NCBI GenBank assembly: GCA_045120955.1
Contig: JBGVFH010000071.1
Location: 23,631 to 87,630, forward strand
Source of the DNA: Eubacteriales bacterium
GTDB taxonomy: Bacteria; Bacillota; Clostridia; Oscillospirales; CAG-272
DNA length: 64,000 nucleotides
Direction of reading: 5' to 3'
The notes below the pieces were generated by a model, which was not told where the DNA came from, ran no database searches, and saw nothing but the letters and a program-made list of their open reading frames with translations. Positions 31,247 through 40,514 of this stretch are shown here, piece by piece. Each line of letters opens with the position of its first letter. Within the stretch, counting starts at the first letter, position 1. A program made the position numbers and the translations under genes.

Positions 31247-31660
31247 ATGCCAACCTTTAATCAGCTCGTAAAATACGGACGCTCAAAGTCGGTTTACAAG
31301 TCAAAGTCACCTGCTCTTCAGCACGGCTTCAACTCTTTGACAGGTACACCTACCGACAAGTCTTCTCCTCAAAAGAGAGGCGTATGCACAAAGGTTACAA
31401 CTACCAGCCCGAAAAAGCCTAACTCAGCTCTTCGTAAGATCGCCAGAGTAAGACTTACAAACGGAATGGAGGCTACTACCTACATTCCCGGTATCGGACA
31501 CAATCTTCAGGAGCACTCTGTAGTTCTTATCAGAGGCGGAAGAGTACGTGACCTTCCCGGATGCCGTTACCACATCATTCGCGGAACACTTGATGCTCAA
31601 GGCGTTGCAAACCGCAACCAGAGCCGTTCCAAGTATGGTGCTAAGCGTCCGAAGAAATAA
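31247..31660 (+). CDS. rpsL: 30S ribosomal protein S12
   Basis: 137 aa beginning [12 protein letters not shown], with ...[10 protein letters not shown]... and a strong SD (AAGGAGG). Confidence 0.98.
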   Translation: MPTFNQLVKYGRSKSVYKSKSPALQHGFNSLTGTPTDKSSPQKRGVCTKVTTTSPKKPNSALRKIARVRLTNGMEATTYIPGIGHNLQEHSVVLIRGGRVRDLPGCRYHIIRGTLDAQGVANRNQSRSKYGAKRPKK

Positions 31661-31824
31661 TGGCACGGCCGTTATTTTAAAATAGACTGCCGTGCGATTA
31701 CTCGCGCATGGTCGTTTGTGCCGTCTTTTAGAGTTTAAAGTATCAATCATGTTTTTCTTTGATATAAAAACCGAGATGAGCACTTGCGGAAGAAGTCTTT
31801 CGAGTACCTATGAACTCATTAAAT

Positions 31825-32313
31825 ATGAAGGAGGGAAGTAAACGGCCAAGAAGAGGTCAAATTTCCAAAAGAGATGTTTTGCCGGATCCGCTTTATAATT
31901 CAAAGCTCGTAACAAAGCTTATCAATAACATAATGCTCGACGGCAAGAAGGGTGTTGCTCAGAAGATCGTTTACGATGCATTCGAGATCATCAATGCAAA
32001 GGAAGGCGAGAATGCTCTTGACGTGTTCGCCGCTGCTCTTGAAAACATCATGCCCGTTCTTGAGGTTAAGGCTCGCCGTGTAGGCGGTTCTACCTACCAG
32101 GTTCCTATGGAAGTTCGTGCAGAGAGACGTCAGACACTTGGTCTGCGTTGGCTCACCGCTTATTCAAGAAACCGTTCGGAGAGAACTATGGCTGAGAGAC
32201 TTGCCGCTGAGATCTTAGATGCTAAGAACAGCGCAGGCGGAGCTTTCAAGAAGAAGGAAGAAACGCACAGAATGGCTGAGGCTAACAAGGCTTTCGCTCA
32301 TTACAGATATTAA
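31825..32313 (+). CDS. rpsG: 30S ribosomal protein S7 (start codon uncertain)
   Basis: Canonical S7 sequence from [27 protein letters not shown] onward. The codon at the usual Met position is CGG (31843). The nearest in-frame ATGs are 31825 and 31810. See the rpsG finding. Confidence 0.9.
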   Translation: MKEGSKRPRRGQISKRDVLPDPLYNSKLVTKLINNIMLDGKKGVAQKIVYDAFEIINAKEGENALDVFAAALENIMPVLEVKARRVGGSTYQVPMEVRAERRQTLGLRWLTAYSRNRSERTMAERLAAEILDAKNSAGGAFKKKEETHRMAEANKAFAHYRY

Positions 32314-32356
32314 GTCTTATATTGCTTAGATTAAGACCTGTTAAGGAGAAGAACTA

Positions 32357-34435
32357 ATGCCAAGAGAATATTCACTGGAGCATACCAGAAATATAGGCAT
32401 CATGGCTCACATCGATGCCGGAAAAACAACAACAACCGAAAGAATTCTGTTCTACACAGGTAAGACGCACCGCATGGGAGAAACTCATGACGGCGGCGCT
32501 ACGATGGACTGGATGGAGCAGGAACAGGAGAGAGGTATTACAATTACCTCTGCTGCTACCACTTGCTATTGGAAGGGTAACAGAATCAATATCATTGATA
32601 CCCCCGGTCACGTTGACTTTACCGTTGAGGTTGAGCGTTCGCTCAGAGTTCTCGACGGTTCCGTAACAGTTCTTTGCGCAAAGGGAGGCGTTGAGCCTCA
32701 GTCAGAGACTGTTTGGAGACAGGCTGACAAGTATCAGGTACCCCGTATGGCTTATGTAAATAAGATGGACATTACGGGTGCAAACTTCTACCGCGTTGTA
32801 GATATGATGCATGAGCGTCTTCATGCAAACGCAGTACCGATCCAGCTTCCTATCGGAGCTGAGGGCAGCTTCCGCGGAATTATCGACCTTATCAATATGG
32901 AGGCAGACGTATATTACGATGACCTCGGTAAGGATATGAGAGTCGAGCCTATTCCGGAGGATATGATTGAAAAGGCTAATGAGTACCGTACAGCTATGAT
33001 AGAGAGCGTTGCGGAGACTGATGAAGCCCTGTTTGAAAAGTACTGCGAGGGCGAGGAGCTTAGTGTTGAGGAGATAAAATCCGCACTCAGAAAAGCTACT
33101 CTCGCAAACAAGATAGTTCCCGTTGTTTGCGGAACTTCTTACAAGAATAAGGGTGTGCAGAAGCTTCTCGATGCCATCATCGACTATATGCCTGCCCCCA
33201 CAGACGTTCCCGCTATCAAGGGCGTCAACCCCGATACAGGTGATGAGGACGAGAGAATTGCAAGCGACGATGCTCCTTTCTCAGCACTTGCATTCAAGAT
33301 CATGACAGACCCCTATGTAGGTAAGTTGTGCTTCTTCAGAGTTTACTCAGGAACGGTTTCTGCCGGAACTGCTGTATACAACTCTACAAAGGACAGCACC
33401 GAGCGTATGGGACGTATACTTCAGATGCACGCAAATGAGCGTAAAGACCTTGATATCTGTTACGCAGGTGACATCGCCGCTGTTATCGGTGTAAAGAACA
33501 CCACAACAGGTGATACCTTCTGCGATGAGAAGAATCCTATCATCCTTGAATCTATGGAGTTCCCGGAACCTGTTATCAGAGTTGCTATCGAGCCCAAGAC
33601 CAAGGCAGGTCAGGAAAAGATGGGTCTTGCTCTTGCAAAGCTTGCTGAAGAAGACCCGACCTTCCGTACCTACACCGATGAAGAAACAGGACAAACCATT
33701 ATCGCCGGAATGGGCGAGCTTCACCTTGAAATTATCGTTGACAGACTTCTTCGTGAGTTTAAGGTTGAGGCTAATATCGGTAATCCTCAGGTTGCATACA
33801 AGGAAACCATCAAGAAGAAGGTTGACCATGAATGCAAGTACAAACGTCAGTCCGGTGGTTCAGGTCAATACGGTCACGTTAAGATCATTCTCGAGCCTAA
33901 CGAAACAGGCAAGGGTTATGAATTTGTCAACGCAGTTACCGGCGGTGCGATTCCGAAGGAATTTATTCCTGCCGTTGATGCAGGTATTAAGGGCGCTATG
34001 CAGTCCGGTGTACTTGCAGGCTACAATGTAGTTGACGTTAAGGTTACACTTTACGATGGTTCTTACCATGAGGTAGACTCATCCGAAATGGCGTTCAAGA
34101 TCGCAGGTTCTATGGCATTCAAGGAAGCTATGAGACTCGCAAACCCGGTTCTCACAGAGCCTATCATGAAGGTCGTAGTTACAATTCCGGACGAGTACAT
34201 GGGAGATGTTATCGGCGACATCAACTCTCGCCGCGGACAGATCCTCGGTATGGACCCCGTTTCCGGCGGTCAGCAGGTTTCGTCTCTTGTACCTCTTGCT
34301 GAAATGTTCGGTTACGCAACAGCTCTCCGTTCAAAGACACAGGGACGCGGCGTTTACGCAATGGAGCCTGCAGGCTTTATGGAAGTTCCGAAGTCTATTC
34401 AGGAAAGCATCGTAAATCAGAGAGCAAAGAAGTAA
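32357..34435 (+). CDS. fusA: elongation factor G
   Basis: 692 aa with G1 [20 protein letters not shown] and NKMD, and all five EF-G domains by length. Confidence 0.98.
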   Translation: MPREYSLEHTRNIGIMAHIDAGKTTTTERILFYTGKTHRMGETHDGGATMDWMEQEQERGITITSAATTCYWKGNRINIIDTPGHVDFTVEVERSLRVLDGSVTVLCAKGGVEPQSETVWRQADKYQVPRMAYVNKMDITGANFYRVVDMMHERLHANAVPIQLPIGAEGSFRGIIDLINMEADVYYDDLGKDMRVEPIPEDMIEKANEYRTAMIESVAETDEALFEKYCEGEELSVEEIKSALRKATLANKIVPVVCGTSYKNKGVQKLLDAIIDYMPAPTDVPAIKGVNPDTGDEDERIASDDAPFSALAFKIMTDPYVGKLCFFRVYSGTVSAGTAVYNSTKDSTERMGRILQMHANERKDLDICYAGDIAAVIGVKNTTTGDTFCDEKNPIILESMEFPEPVIRVAIEPKTKAGQEKMGLALAKLAEEDPTFRTYTDEETGQTIIAGMGELHLEIIVDRLLREFKVEANIGNPQVAYKETIKKKVDHECKYKRQSGGSGQYGHVKIILEPNETGKGYEFVNAVTGGAIPKEFIPAVDAGIKGAMQSGVLAGYNVVDVKVTLYDGSYHEVDSSEMAFKIAGSMAFKEAMRLANPVLTEPIMKVVVTIPDEYMGDVIGDINSRRGQILGMDPVSGGQQVSSLVPLAEMFGYATALRSKTQGRGVYAMEPAGFMEVPKSIQESIVNQRAKK

Positions 34436-34527
34436 TTTCTTGCTTAATGATACAGCGGAATAGTGTTTCCGCATAGCACTTTTGATTTAAAATTTAAAAA
34501 ATATAATTATTTTGGAGGATATTAAAA

Positions 34528-35733
34528 ATGGCAAAAGCTAAATTTGAAAGAAACAAACCCCATGTTAATATCGGTACCATCGGACACGTTGACCACGGTA
34601 AGACAACTCTTACTGCTGCAATCACAAAGTTCCTCTCTCTCGGTGATGAAAACATCGAATTCATGGCATATGACCAGATCGATAACGCTCCCGAAGAAAG
34701 AGCAAGAGGTATCACGATCAACACCAGACACGTTGAGTACACAACTGAAGCAAGACACTATGCACACGTTGACTGCCCCGGACACGCTGACTATGTAAAG
34801 AACATGATTACAGGTGCAGCTCAGATGGACGGCGCTATTCTCGTTGTTGCAGGTACAGACGGACCTCTTCAGCAGACTCGTGAGCACGTTCTTCTTGCTC
34901 GTCAGGTTGGCGTTCCCGCAATCGTTGTTTTCATGAACAAGTGCGATATCGTTGACGACCCCGAGCTTCTCGACCTCGTTGAGATGGAGATCCGTGACCT
35001 TCTTTCTCAGTATGACTTCCCGGGCGATGATATTCCGATCATCCGCGGTTCTGCTCGTGAGGCTCTCACTTCTGAGAGCAGAGATGCAAACGATGCAGTT
35101 TATGCTCCTATCAAGGAACTCATGGACGCTGTTGACAGCTACATTCCTACTCCTGATAGAAAAGCTGACCTCGACTTCCTTATGCCCGTTGAGGACGTAT
35201 TCTCAATTTCCGGCCGTGGTACTGTTGCTACAGGTAGAGTTGAGCGTGGTACTGTTAAGATGGGTGACGTTGTTGAAATCATCGGTCTTACCACTGAGAG
35301 AAAGCAGACAACAATCACAGGTCTTGAAATGTTCCACAAGCTCCTTGACTCCGCTGAAGCAGGTGACAACGTTGGTGCACTCCTTCGTGGTGTTGCTAAG
35401 AACGAGATCGAGCGTGGACAGGTTCTCTGCAAGCCCGGTTCTGTAAACCCCCACACAAAGTTCATGGGTCAGGTTTACGTTCTTACTGAAAAAGAGGGTG
35501 GACGTCAGAAGCCCTTCTTCTCAGGCTACAGACCCCAGTTCTACTTCAGAACAACAGACGTTACAGGTACTATCAAACTTCCTGAAGGTGTTGAGATGTG
35601 CCGCCCCGGCGACAACGTAAACATGGATGTTGAGCTTATCACTCCTATCGCTGTTGAAAAGGGACTTCGTTTTGCTATCCGTGAGGGTGGTAGAACAGTT
35701 GGTTCAGGCGTTGTTTCTGAAATCTACGAATAA
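34528..35733 (+). CDS. tuf: elongation factor Tu
   Basis: 401 aa with [18 protein letters not shown] and NKCD, and highly biased (highly expressed type) codon usage. Confidence 0.97.
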   Translation: MAKAKFERNKPHVNIGTIGHVDHGKTTLTAAITKFLSLGDENIEFMAYDQIDNAPEERARGITINTRHVEYTTEARHYAHVDCPGHADYVKNMITGAAQMDGAILVVAGTDGPLQQTREHVLLARQVGVPAIVVFMNKCDIVDDPELLDLVEMEIRDLLSQYDFPGDDIPIIRGSAREALTSESRDANDAVYAPIKELMDAVDSYIPTPDRKADLDFLMPVEDVFSISGRGTVATGRVERGTVKMGDVVEIIGLTTERKQTTITGLEMFHKLLDSAEAGDNVGALLRGVAKNEIERGQVLCKPGSVNPHTKFMGQVYVLTEKEGGRQKPFFSGYRPQFYFRTTDVTGTIKLPEGVEMCRPGDNVNMDVELITPIAVEKGLRFAIREGGRTVGSGVVSEIYE

Positions 35734-35769
35734 TCTTAACGGAGCATTTCGTTAATCTAGTTATGTCGG

Positions 35770-35798
35770 ACGGGAGGCTCGCAAGAGTCTCCCGTTTT
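35770..35798 (+). terminator. intrinsic terminator of the str operon
   Basis: 11-bp stem ACGGGAGGCTC / GAGTCTCCCGT (one G-U pair) with a GCAA loop, followed by TTTT. Confidence 0.85.
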
Positions 35799-35875
35799 AC
35801 ATAATTTATCTTACATTCTTAAATTTATGCTGCGGCAAAAACGGTTGCCGCATATATTACAGTAATAATCTAAAA

Positions 35876-36047
35876 AATATCTTTGGGGAATGGTGAAATT
35901 CCATACCGGCGGTAAGTGCGATGCACAAGCCCGCGAACGCCATATGGCGCCGAACAGGTGAAATTCCTGTGCCGACGGTAAAGTCCGGATGAGAAAAGGT
36001 AAAAACATATTTTTGTGTTCCTCATCAATTCGAGGAACTTTTTGTTT
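35876..36047 (+). promoter_or_regulatory. FMN riboswitch (RFN element) with terminator expression platform
   Basis: The aptamer shows the RFN hallmarks GGGGAATGGTGAAATTCCATACCGGCGGT...AGCCCGCGAAC...GGTGAAATTCC...GCCGACGGTAAAGTCCGGATGAGAAAAGG. It is followed by the hairpin GTTCCTC/GAGGAAC (36017-36038) plus TTTTTGTTTT. A riboflavin transporter gene lies downstream. Confidence 0.85.
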
Positions 36048-36138
36048 TAAAAACAAATCATGGGATGTTTTACTCCCGAATATGCGTATTTTACTTCCCC
36101 TCCGATAGCGAAAGCTTAATTAATGGAGGAAAATGATA

Positions 36139-36735
36139 ATGGAAAAATCAAACAAAAAAATAAAACAGTGTGTACTTATAGCATTTTTTTCGGCAATCGG
36201 ATTTATACTGATGTTTATTGATATGTCCGTGCCGATAGTTCCGAGCTTTTTGAAATTTGACATATCCGAATTGCCCGCACTTTTGATGTCATTTATCTAC
36301 GGACCTGTCAGCGGTATAGCTGTGTGTCTCTTGAAAAACGCACTTCATCTTACGATAACGTCAACGGGCGGAGTAGGGGAACTGTCAAACTTTATTCTCG
36401 GTGCCGTATTTTGCATTGTTGCAGGTTTTATTTATAAATATAAACGGACAAGAGCAGGCGCAATTATAGGCATGCTTGTCGGTTCTGCCGTAATGGGAGG
36501 TATTTGTTTTTTTACAAATCTCTATATTATGTACCCGTTTTATTATAACATCATTCCAAAAGAAGCGATACTCGGTATGTGTCAGGCGATATTGCCTTCG
36601 ATAGATAGTATAGAAAAATCACTGTTGGTGTTCAACGTACCGTTTACGTTTGCAAAAGGTGTAATATGCTCGCTTGTAACCTTGCTTGCATATAAAAAAC
36701 TCAAAAAAGCACTTAAAATTGAAAGTAAAAGATAA
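36139..36735 (+). CDS. ribU: riboflavin transporter RibU (ECF-type S component)
   Basis: About 198 aa with 5-6 TM helices. It sits directly downstream of the FMN riboswitch and its sequence pattern is RibU/YpaA-like. ATG 36139 is preferred, with GGAGG 9 nt upstream. Confidence 0.8.
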   Translation: MEKSNKKIKQCVLIAFFSAIGFILMFIDMSVPIVPSFLKFDISELPALLMSFIYGPVSGIAVCLLKNALHLTITSTGGVGELSNFILGAVFCIVAGFIYKYKRTRAGAIIGMLVGSAVMGGICFFTNLYIMYPFYYNIIPKEAILGMCQAILPSIDSIEKSLLVFNVPFTFAKGVICSLVTLLAYKKLKKALKIESKR

Positions 36736-36757
36736 ATACATAAATTGTATGAAACAC

Positions 36758-36795
36758 ACGGGAAGAAACCTTGCAGGAGTTTCTTCCCGTTTTCG
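36758..36795 (+). terminator. intrinsic terminator after ribU
   Basis: 12-bp perfect arms ACGGGAAGAAAC / GTTTCTTCCCGT followed by TTTCGT. Confidence 0.8.
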
Positions 36796-36949
36796 TATAT
36801 ACGCAACCCCAACAAACCTCCTGCATGACCTTAAGCGCTTGCCTATAATATACCACCTTGAGGTTCGCTTAAACACGGATATAAAAATGTACACAATGCA
36901 CAAAACTACGCTTTAAAATTGTGCAATAATAGAAGTTATGCAAAACCTA

Positions 36950-36978
36950 TTGACGGTCACGCGACCGTGTGTTATAAT
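36950..36978 (+). promoter_or_regulatory. candidate sigma-A promoter of the DUF1836-nfeD-floT operon
   Basis: TTGACG (36950-36955) - 17 nt - TATAAT (36973-36978), with an upstream TGT. Confidence 0.55.
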
Positions 36979-37078
36979 CAAACTACGATAAGAAGAGAGA
37001 TGAGGTTAGGACCAAGACCCACTTCGAAATCGAACGGCGAAAGCTGTATACCTATTAAAAGAGGGAGGTGCAAACGAT

Positions 37079-37627
37079 GTGAATATTTTACCTGGTACTC
37101 TTATAGAAACCGGTAAACTGTCCGACGGGGATAGCCGAAAGATATTTGACAATATCTTTTCGTGCGGAGGACTTATGCTTTCTCAGGTATGCAACATGAC
37201 AGGGCTTGAGCCTTATACGGTTCAAAACTGGGTAAAGCGCAGATATGTTACAAATCCCAGAGGACGAATGTACTCGCAAGATCAGTTTTCACGCATCGTA
37301 CTGATAAATATGTTAAAGGAATCCTTGCATCTTGATATGATCGAGAGGCTGCTTTCCTATATAAACGGGCATCTTGATGATAACAGCGATGATCTGATCA
37401 CTGATTCAGAGCTTTATCATATGTTTGTGTCCTTGCTTGTAAAAATGGGTTCGCAATATGATTGCACGCAGGCGCAGCGGATCTCAGAGGAAATAACGCA
37501 AAGCTACAGCGAGCCTGTCGCAGGCGCAAGAAAACGCCTCGTAAAGGTGCTTGTTATAATGGCGCAAACATATTTCTCGGCAGAGCTGAGACGCGGCGCT
37601 GAGATGCTGATGAACGAGCTTAGCTGA
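37079..37627 (+). CDS. DUF1836-like (MerR-type HTH) protein
   Basis: 182 aa with a GTG start. The segment LSQVCNMTGLEPYTVQNWVKRRYV...YSQDQFSRIVLINMLK resembles the DUF1836 HTH region. The family call is from memory. Confidence 0.55.
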   Translation: MNILPGTLIETGKLSDGDSRKIFDNIFSCGGLMLSQVCNMTGLEPYTVQNWVKRRYVTNPRGRMYSQDQFSRIVLINMLKESLHLDMIERLLSYINGHLDDNSDDLITDSELYHMFVSLLVKMGSQYDCTQAQRISEEITQSYSEPVAGARKRLVKVLVIMAQTYFSAELRRGAEMLMNELS

Positions 37628-37663
37628 TTTGTTCCACTTATTGTATTATGGAGGTTGATATTT

Positions 37664-38314
37664 ATGCAGGCATGGTGGGATGCTCTTGACGTCTTGGGCA
37701 AAATATTTGCACTTATCGCTATTCCCTCGACGCTTATTTTAGTAGTGCAGACTATACTTATGTTTCTCGGACTCGGAGGTGACGGCGGAGCTGATGCCGT
37801 AGGGGAGGATATACCGTCAGAAATGCCGGATACTGATGTCCCCGGCGGAATTTTCGGAGATGACGTACCGGGAGGAACCGATATTGACGGAGATGTTTCA
37901 GAGGAGCCGGGACTTAAGATATTGTCGTTTCGAACGATAGTAGCTTTCCTTGCGGTTTTTGGTTGGGTAGGCATTGAACTGCTCAAGCTCGGAGCGGGCA
38001 GCGCTATAGCTATTACGGTCGGAATTGCAGCGGGGATCATTATCATGGTAGTTATGGCTCTGCTGATAAGGGAGCTGTTTAAGCTGCAATCAAACGGAAA
38101 CGTCGATATGAGAAACGCTGTCGGTGCATCGGGAACAGCCTATATTCCGATACCCGCCCAAAGAAGTGGAAAGGGAAAGGTTACCGTTACATTTCAAAAC
38201 ACATCTTGTGAATGTGATGCGGTAACGGACGAGAAGGAGGACATACCGTCATACAGCGAGGTGCTCGTAATAGGCATCAGCGGCAAGGATACTCTCGTAG
38301 TTAAGAAAAAATAA
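37664..38314 (+). CDS. NfeD/YqiJ-like membrane protein (flotillin partner)
   Basis: N-terminal TM helix, acidic Gly/Asp-rich linker, two or three further TM helices, and a C-terminal NfeD OB-like segment GTAYIPIPAQRSGKGKVTVTFQNTSCECDAVTD...VLVIGISGKDTLVV. Start at ATG 37664, with GGAGG 9 nt upstream. Confidence 0.7.
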   Translation: MQAWWDALDVLGKIFALIAIPSTLILVVQTILMFLGLGGDGGADAVGEDIPSEMPDTDVPGGIFGDDVPGGTDIDGDVSEEPGLKILSFRTIVAFLAVFGWVGIELLKLGAGSAIAITVGIAAGIIIMVVMALLIRELFKLQSNGNVDMRNAVGASGTAYIPIPAQRSGKGKVTVTFQNTSCECDAVTDEKEDIPSYSEVLVIGISGKDTLVVKKK

Positions 38315-38325
38315 AGAGCACGGGA

Positions 38326-38967
38326 GTGGATTTGCAAATGACAGAAGAAAAATACAAAGTATCGGATTTTATTTATGATTCGATGAAAAGCCTCAGACCG
38401 TATCTGCTGTTTAATGCGGCGGGCTATGTTGCATATGCGTTTACCGTCGGTCATATCATGTTGGATGAACAAGTATCGGTTGAAGCAAAAAACAGATATT
38501 TGTGCTTTTATTCCGCCGCTATGTTAGCTGCATTTTTGGCTGTTTTGTGCAGTCTTGCAAAGAATAATATAGCTCGGAAAACTGCTCTGATAAAAGCGTC
38601 AAGAGCGGATGATTTTGATGCAAAAGCGTATTATAAGAATACGGTCATAAGAAATATCTTACCGCTTTTTTGCGCAGGAATAGTTATACTTTTGCCATTT
38701 GCGATATTTTATATGCGTTGCGGCTACGGATATGAAAATTCGCTTGGAATTGAGAGGCTGTTTGCGGCAAATATGCTCTTTATGATACCGCTCGGCGGTA
38801 TTTTGGGAGTGATAGTGCAAAACATTCTTTTCTCGGGTGTGTATTCTCTGTATCTGTATAAACTGCAATGCCGTGAGCTTGCCGACAGAATGTGGCTCAA
38901 GGATGCGCCAAAGCAGGAAAAGGTCGAGCTTAAGCCGCTGAAAAAGGATAATTACAAAAATTATTAA
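38326..38967 (+). CDS. hypothetical polytopic membrane protein lying between nfeD and floT
   Basis: 213-aa ORF (start GTG 38326 or ATG 38338) with 4-5 hydrophobic helices. No family recognised. Confidence 0.6.
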   Translation: MDLQMTEEKYKVSDFIYDSMKSLRPYLLFNAAGYVAYAFTVGHIMLDEQVSVEAKNRYLCFYSAAMLAAFLAVLCSLAKNNIARKTALIKASRADDFDAKAYYKNTVIRNILPLFCAGIVILLPFAIFYMRCGYGYENSLGIERLFAANMLFMIPLGGILGVIVQNILFSGVYSLYLYKLQCRELADRMWLKDAPKQEKVELKPLKKDNYKNY

Positions 38968-39012
38968 AAGATTTTTTAATAATATATTAGGACATCAAAG
39001 GAGGAAATTGTT

Positions 39013-40437
39013 ATGGGTCCAATTATTATTTCATGTGTAGTCGCACTTGTCATCTTGATGATAATCATTTGGTTTTTTGCGCACTACAAACGCTGTCCTT
39101 CCGATAAGGTAATGGTTATTTACGGTAATATCGGTAAGAACAAAGACGGCACGAACAGAAGTGCAAAATGTATTCACGGCGGAGCTACGTTCATCTGGCC
39201 CGTGGTCCAGTCTTATGCATTCCTTGATCTTACACCTATATCCATTCAGGTCGATCTGAGAAATGCACTTTCACGCCAAAACATTCGTATTGATGTACCG
39301 TCCCGCTTTACCGTAGGTATCTCAACTGAGCAGGGAATCATGCAAAATGCCGCTGAACGGCTGCTCGGACTTAAGCTCTCCGAAATTCAGGAGCTTTCAA
39401 AGGATATCATCTTCGGTCAGCTTCGACTTATCATAGCAACGATGGATATCGAAGAGATAAACACAGACAGAGACAAGTTCCTAGTAGCTGTCAGCCGTAA
39501 TGTTGAGACAGAACTGAAAAAGATCGGTCTTCGCCTCATCAACGTAAACGTAACCGATATTACGGATGAATCGGGATATATTACAGCCCTCGGTAAAGAG
39601 GCAGCGGCTAAGGCTATCAACGATGCAAAAAAGAGCGTTGCAGAAAAGGACCGTGACGGTTCGGTAGGTGAGGCGCAGGCACGCATGGATCAGCGTATCA
39701 AGGTGTCTGAGGCTGACTCCGTAGCTATCAAGGGTGAAAACGAAGCAAAAATGCAGATCGCAATGTCAGAGGCAGCACTTCGTGAGAAGGAAGCAGAGGC
39801 TATGAGAATTGCAACATCTGCAGAAAAGATACAGGCGGCTCGTGCCCTTGAAGAGGCGTATGCCGCAGAAAAAGAAGCAGAGGATGCAAGACGCACCAAG
39901 GAACAGGCAACTCTTGAGGCAGACGTTATCGTAAAAGCAGAGATAAGAAAGCGTGAGCTCGAGCTTGCTGCAGAGGCAGAGGCAGAGCAGATAAGACGCA
40001 AGGCACAGGGTGAGGCTGATGCTGTATATGCAAAAATGGTGGCTGAGGCGAAAGGTATCGAGGAGATGCTGCGCAAGCAGGCTGCAGGTTTTGCGGAAAT
40101 AGTGCAGAGTGCAGGAGGAGATCCGAATGCCGCACTCAAGCTCATGATAGCAGATAAGCTGGAAGTGCTCATGCGTGTTCAGGTGGATGCTATCAAGAAC
40201 ATAAAGATAGACAAGGTTACTGTCTGGGATAAGGGAACTGGTGCTGACGGTAAAAACTCGACAGCAGACTTTATCTCGGGACTTATGAAGAGCGTCCCCC
40301 CGCTTGATGAGGTGTTCGGCATGGCAGGACTTTCTCTTCCCGAAATGCTCGGAAAGAAGCAGGAAGAGCAGGTAGAAGAGCCAAAGTCAGATGCTCCCAT
40401 CGAAACCACAGCGTCGTCAGAGACAGAGGAAAACTAA
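39013..40437 (+). CDS. floT: flotillin family (SPFH/band 7) protein
   Basis: 474 aa with an N-terminal membrane hairpin, an SPFH domain and a long Ala/Glu-rich coiled coil (EAEAMRIATSAEKIQAARALEEAYAAEKEAEDARR...). YuaG/YqiK-like. Confidence 0.88.
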   Translation: MGPIIISCVVALVILMIIIWFFAHYKRCPSDKVMVIYGNIGKNKDGTNRSAKCIHGGATFIWPVVQSYAFLDLTPISIQVDLRNALSRQNIRIDVPSRFTVGISTEQGIMQNAAERLLGLKLSEIQELSKDIIFGQLRLIIATMDIEEINTDRDKFLVAVSRNVETELKKIGLRLINVNVTDITDESGYITALGKEAAAKAINDAKKSVAEKDRDGSVGEAQARMDQRIKVSEADSVAIKGENEAKMQIAMSEAALREKEAEAMRIATSAEKIQAARALEEAYAAEKEAEDARRTKEQATLEADVIVKAEIRKRELELAAEAEAEQIRRKAQGEADAVYAKMVAEAKGIEEMLRKQAAGFAEIVQSAGGDPNAALKLMIADKLEVLMRVQVDAIKNIKIDKVTVWDKGTGADGKNSTADFISGLMKSVPPLDEVFGMAGLSLPEMLGKKQEEQVEEPKSDAPIETTASSETEEN

Positions 40438-40451
40438 ACAACTAAACGCAG

Positions 40452-40493
40452 TTTATCCGATGCAGGTATGCTCCATATTCTGCATCGGATAAA
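40452..40493 (+). other. perfect 14-bp-stem hairpin between floT and the downstream cassette
   Basis: TTTATCCGATGCAG / CTGCATCGGATAAA with a 14-nt loop. No T-tract follows, so read-through is plausible. Confidence 0.5.
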
Positions 40494-40514
40494 AATTATG
40501 AGGAGAGCAGCGTC

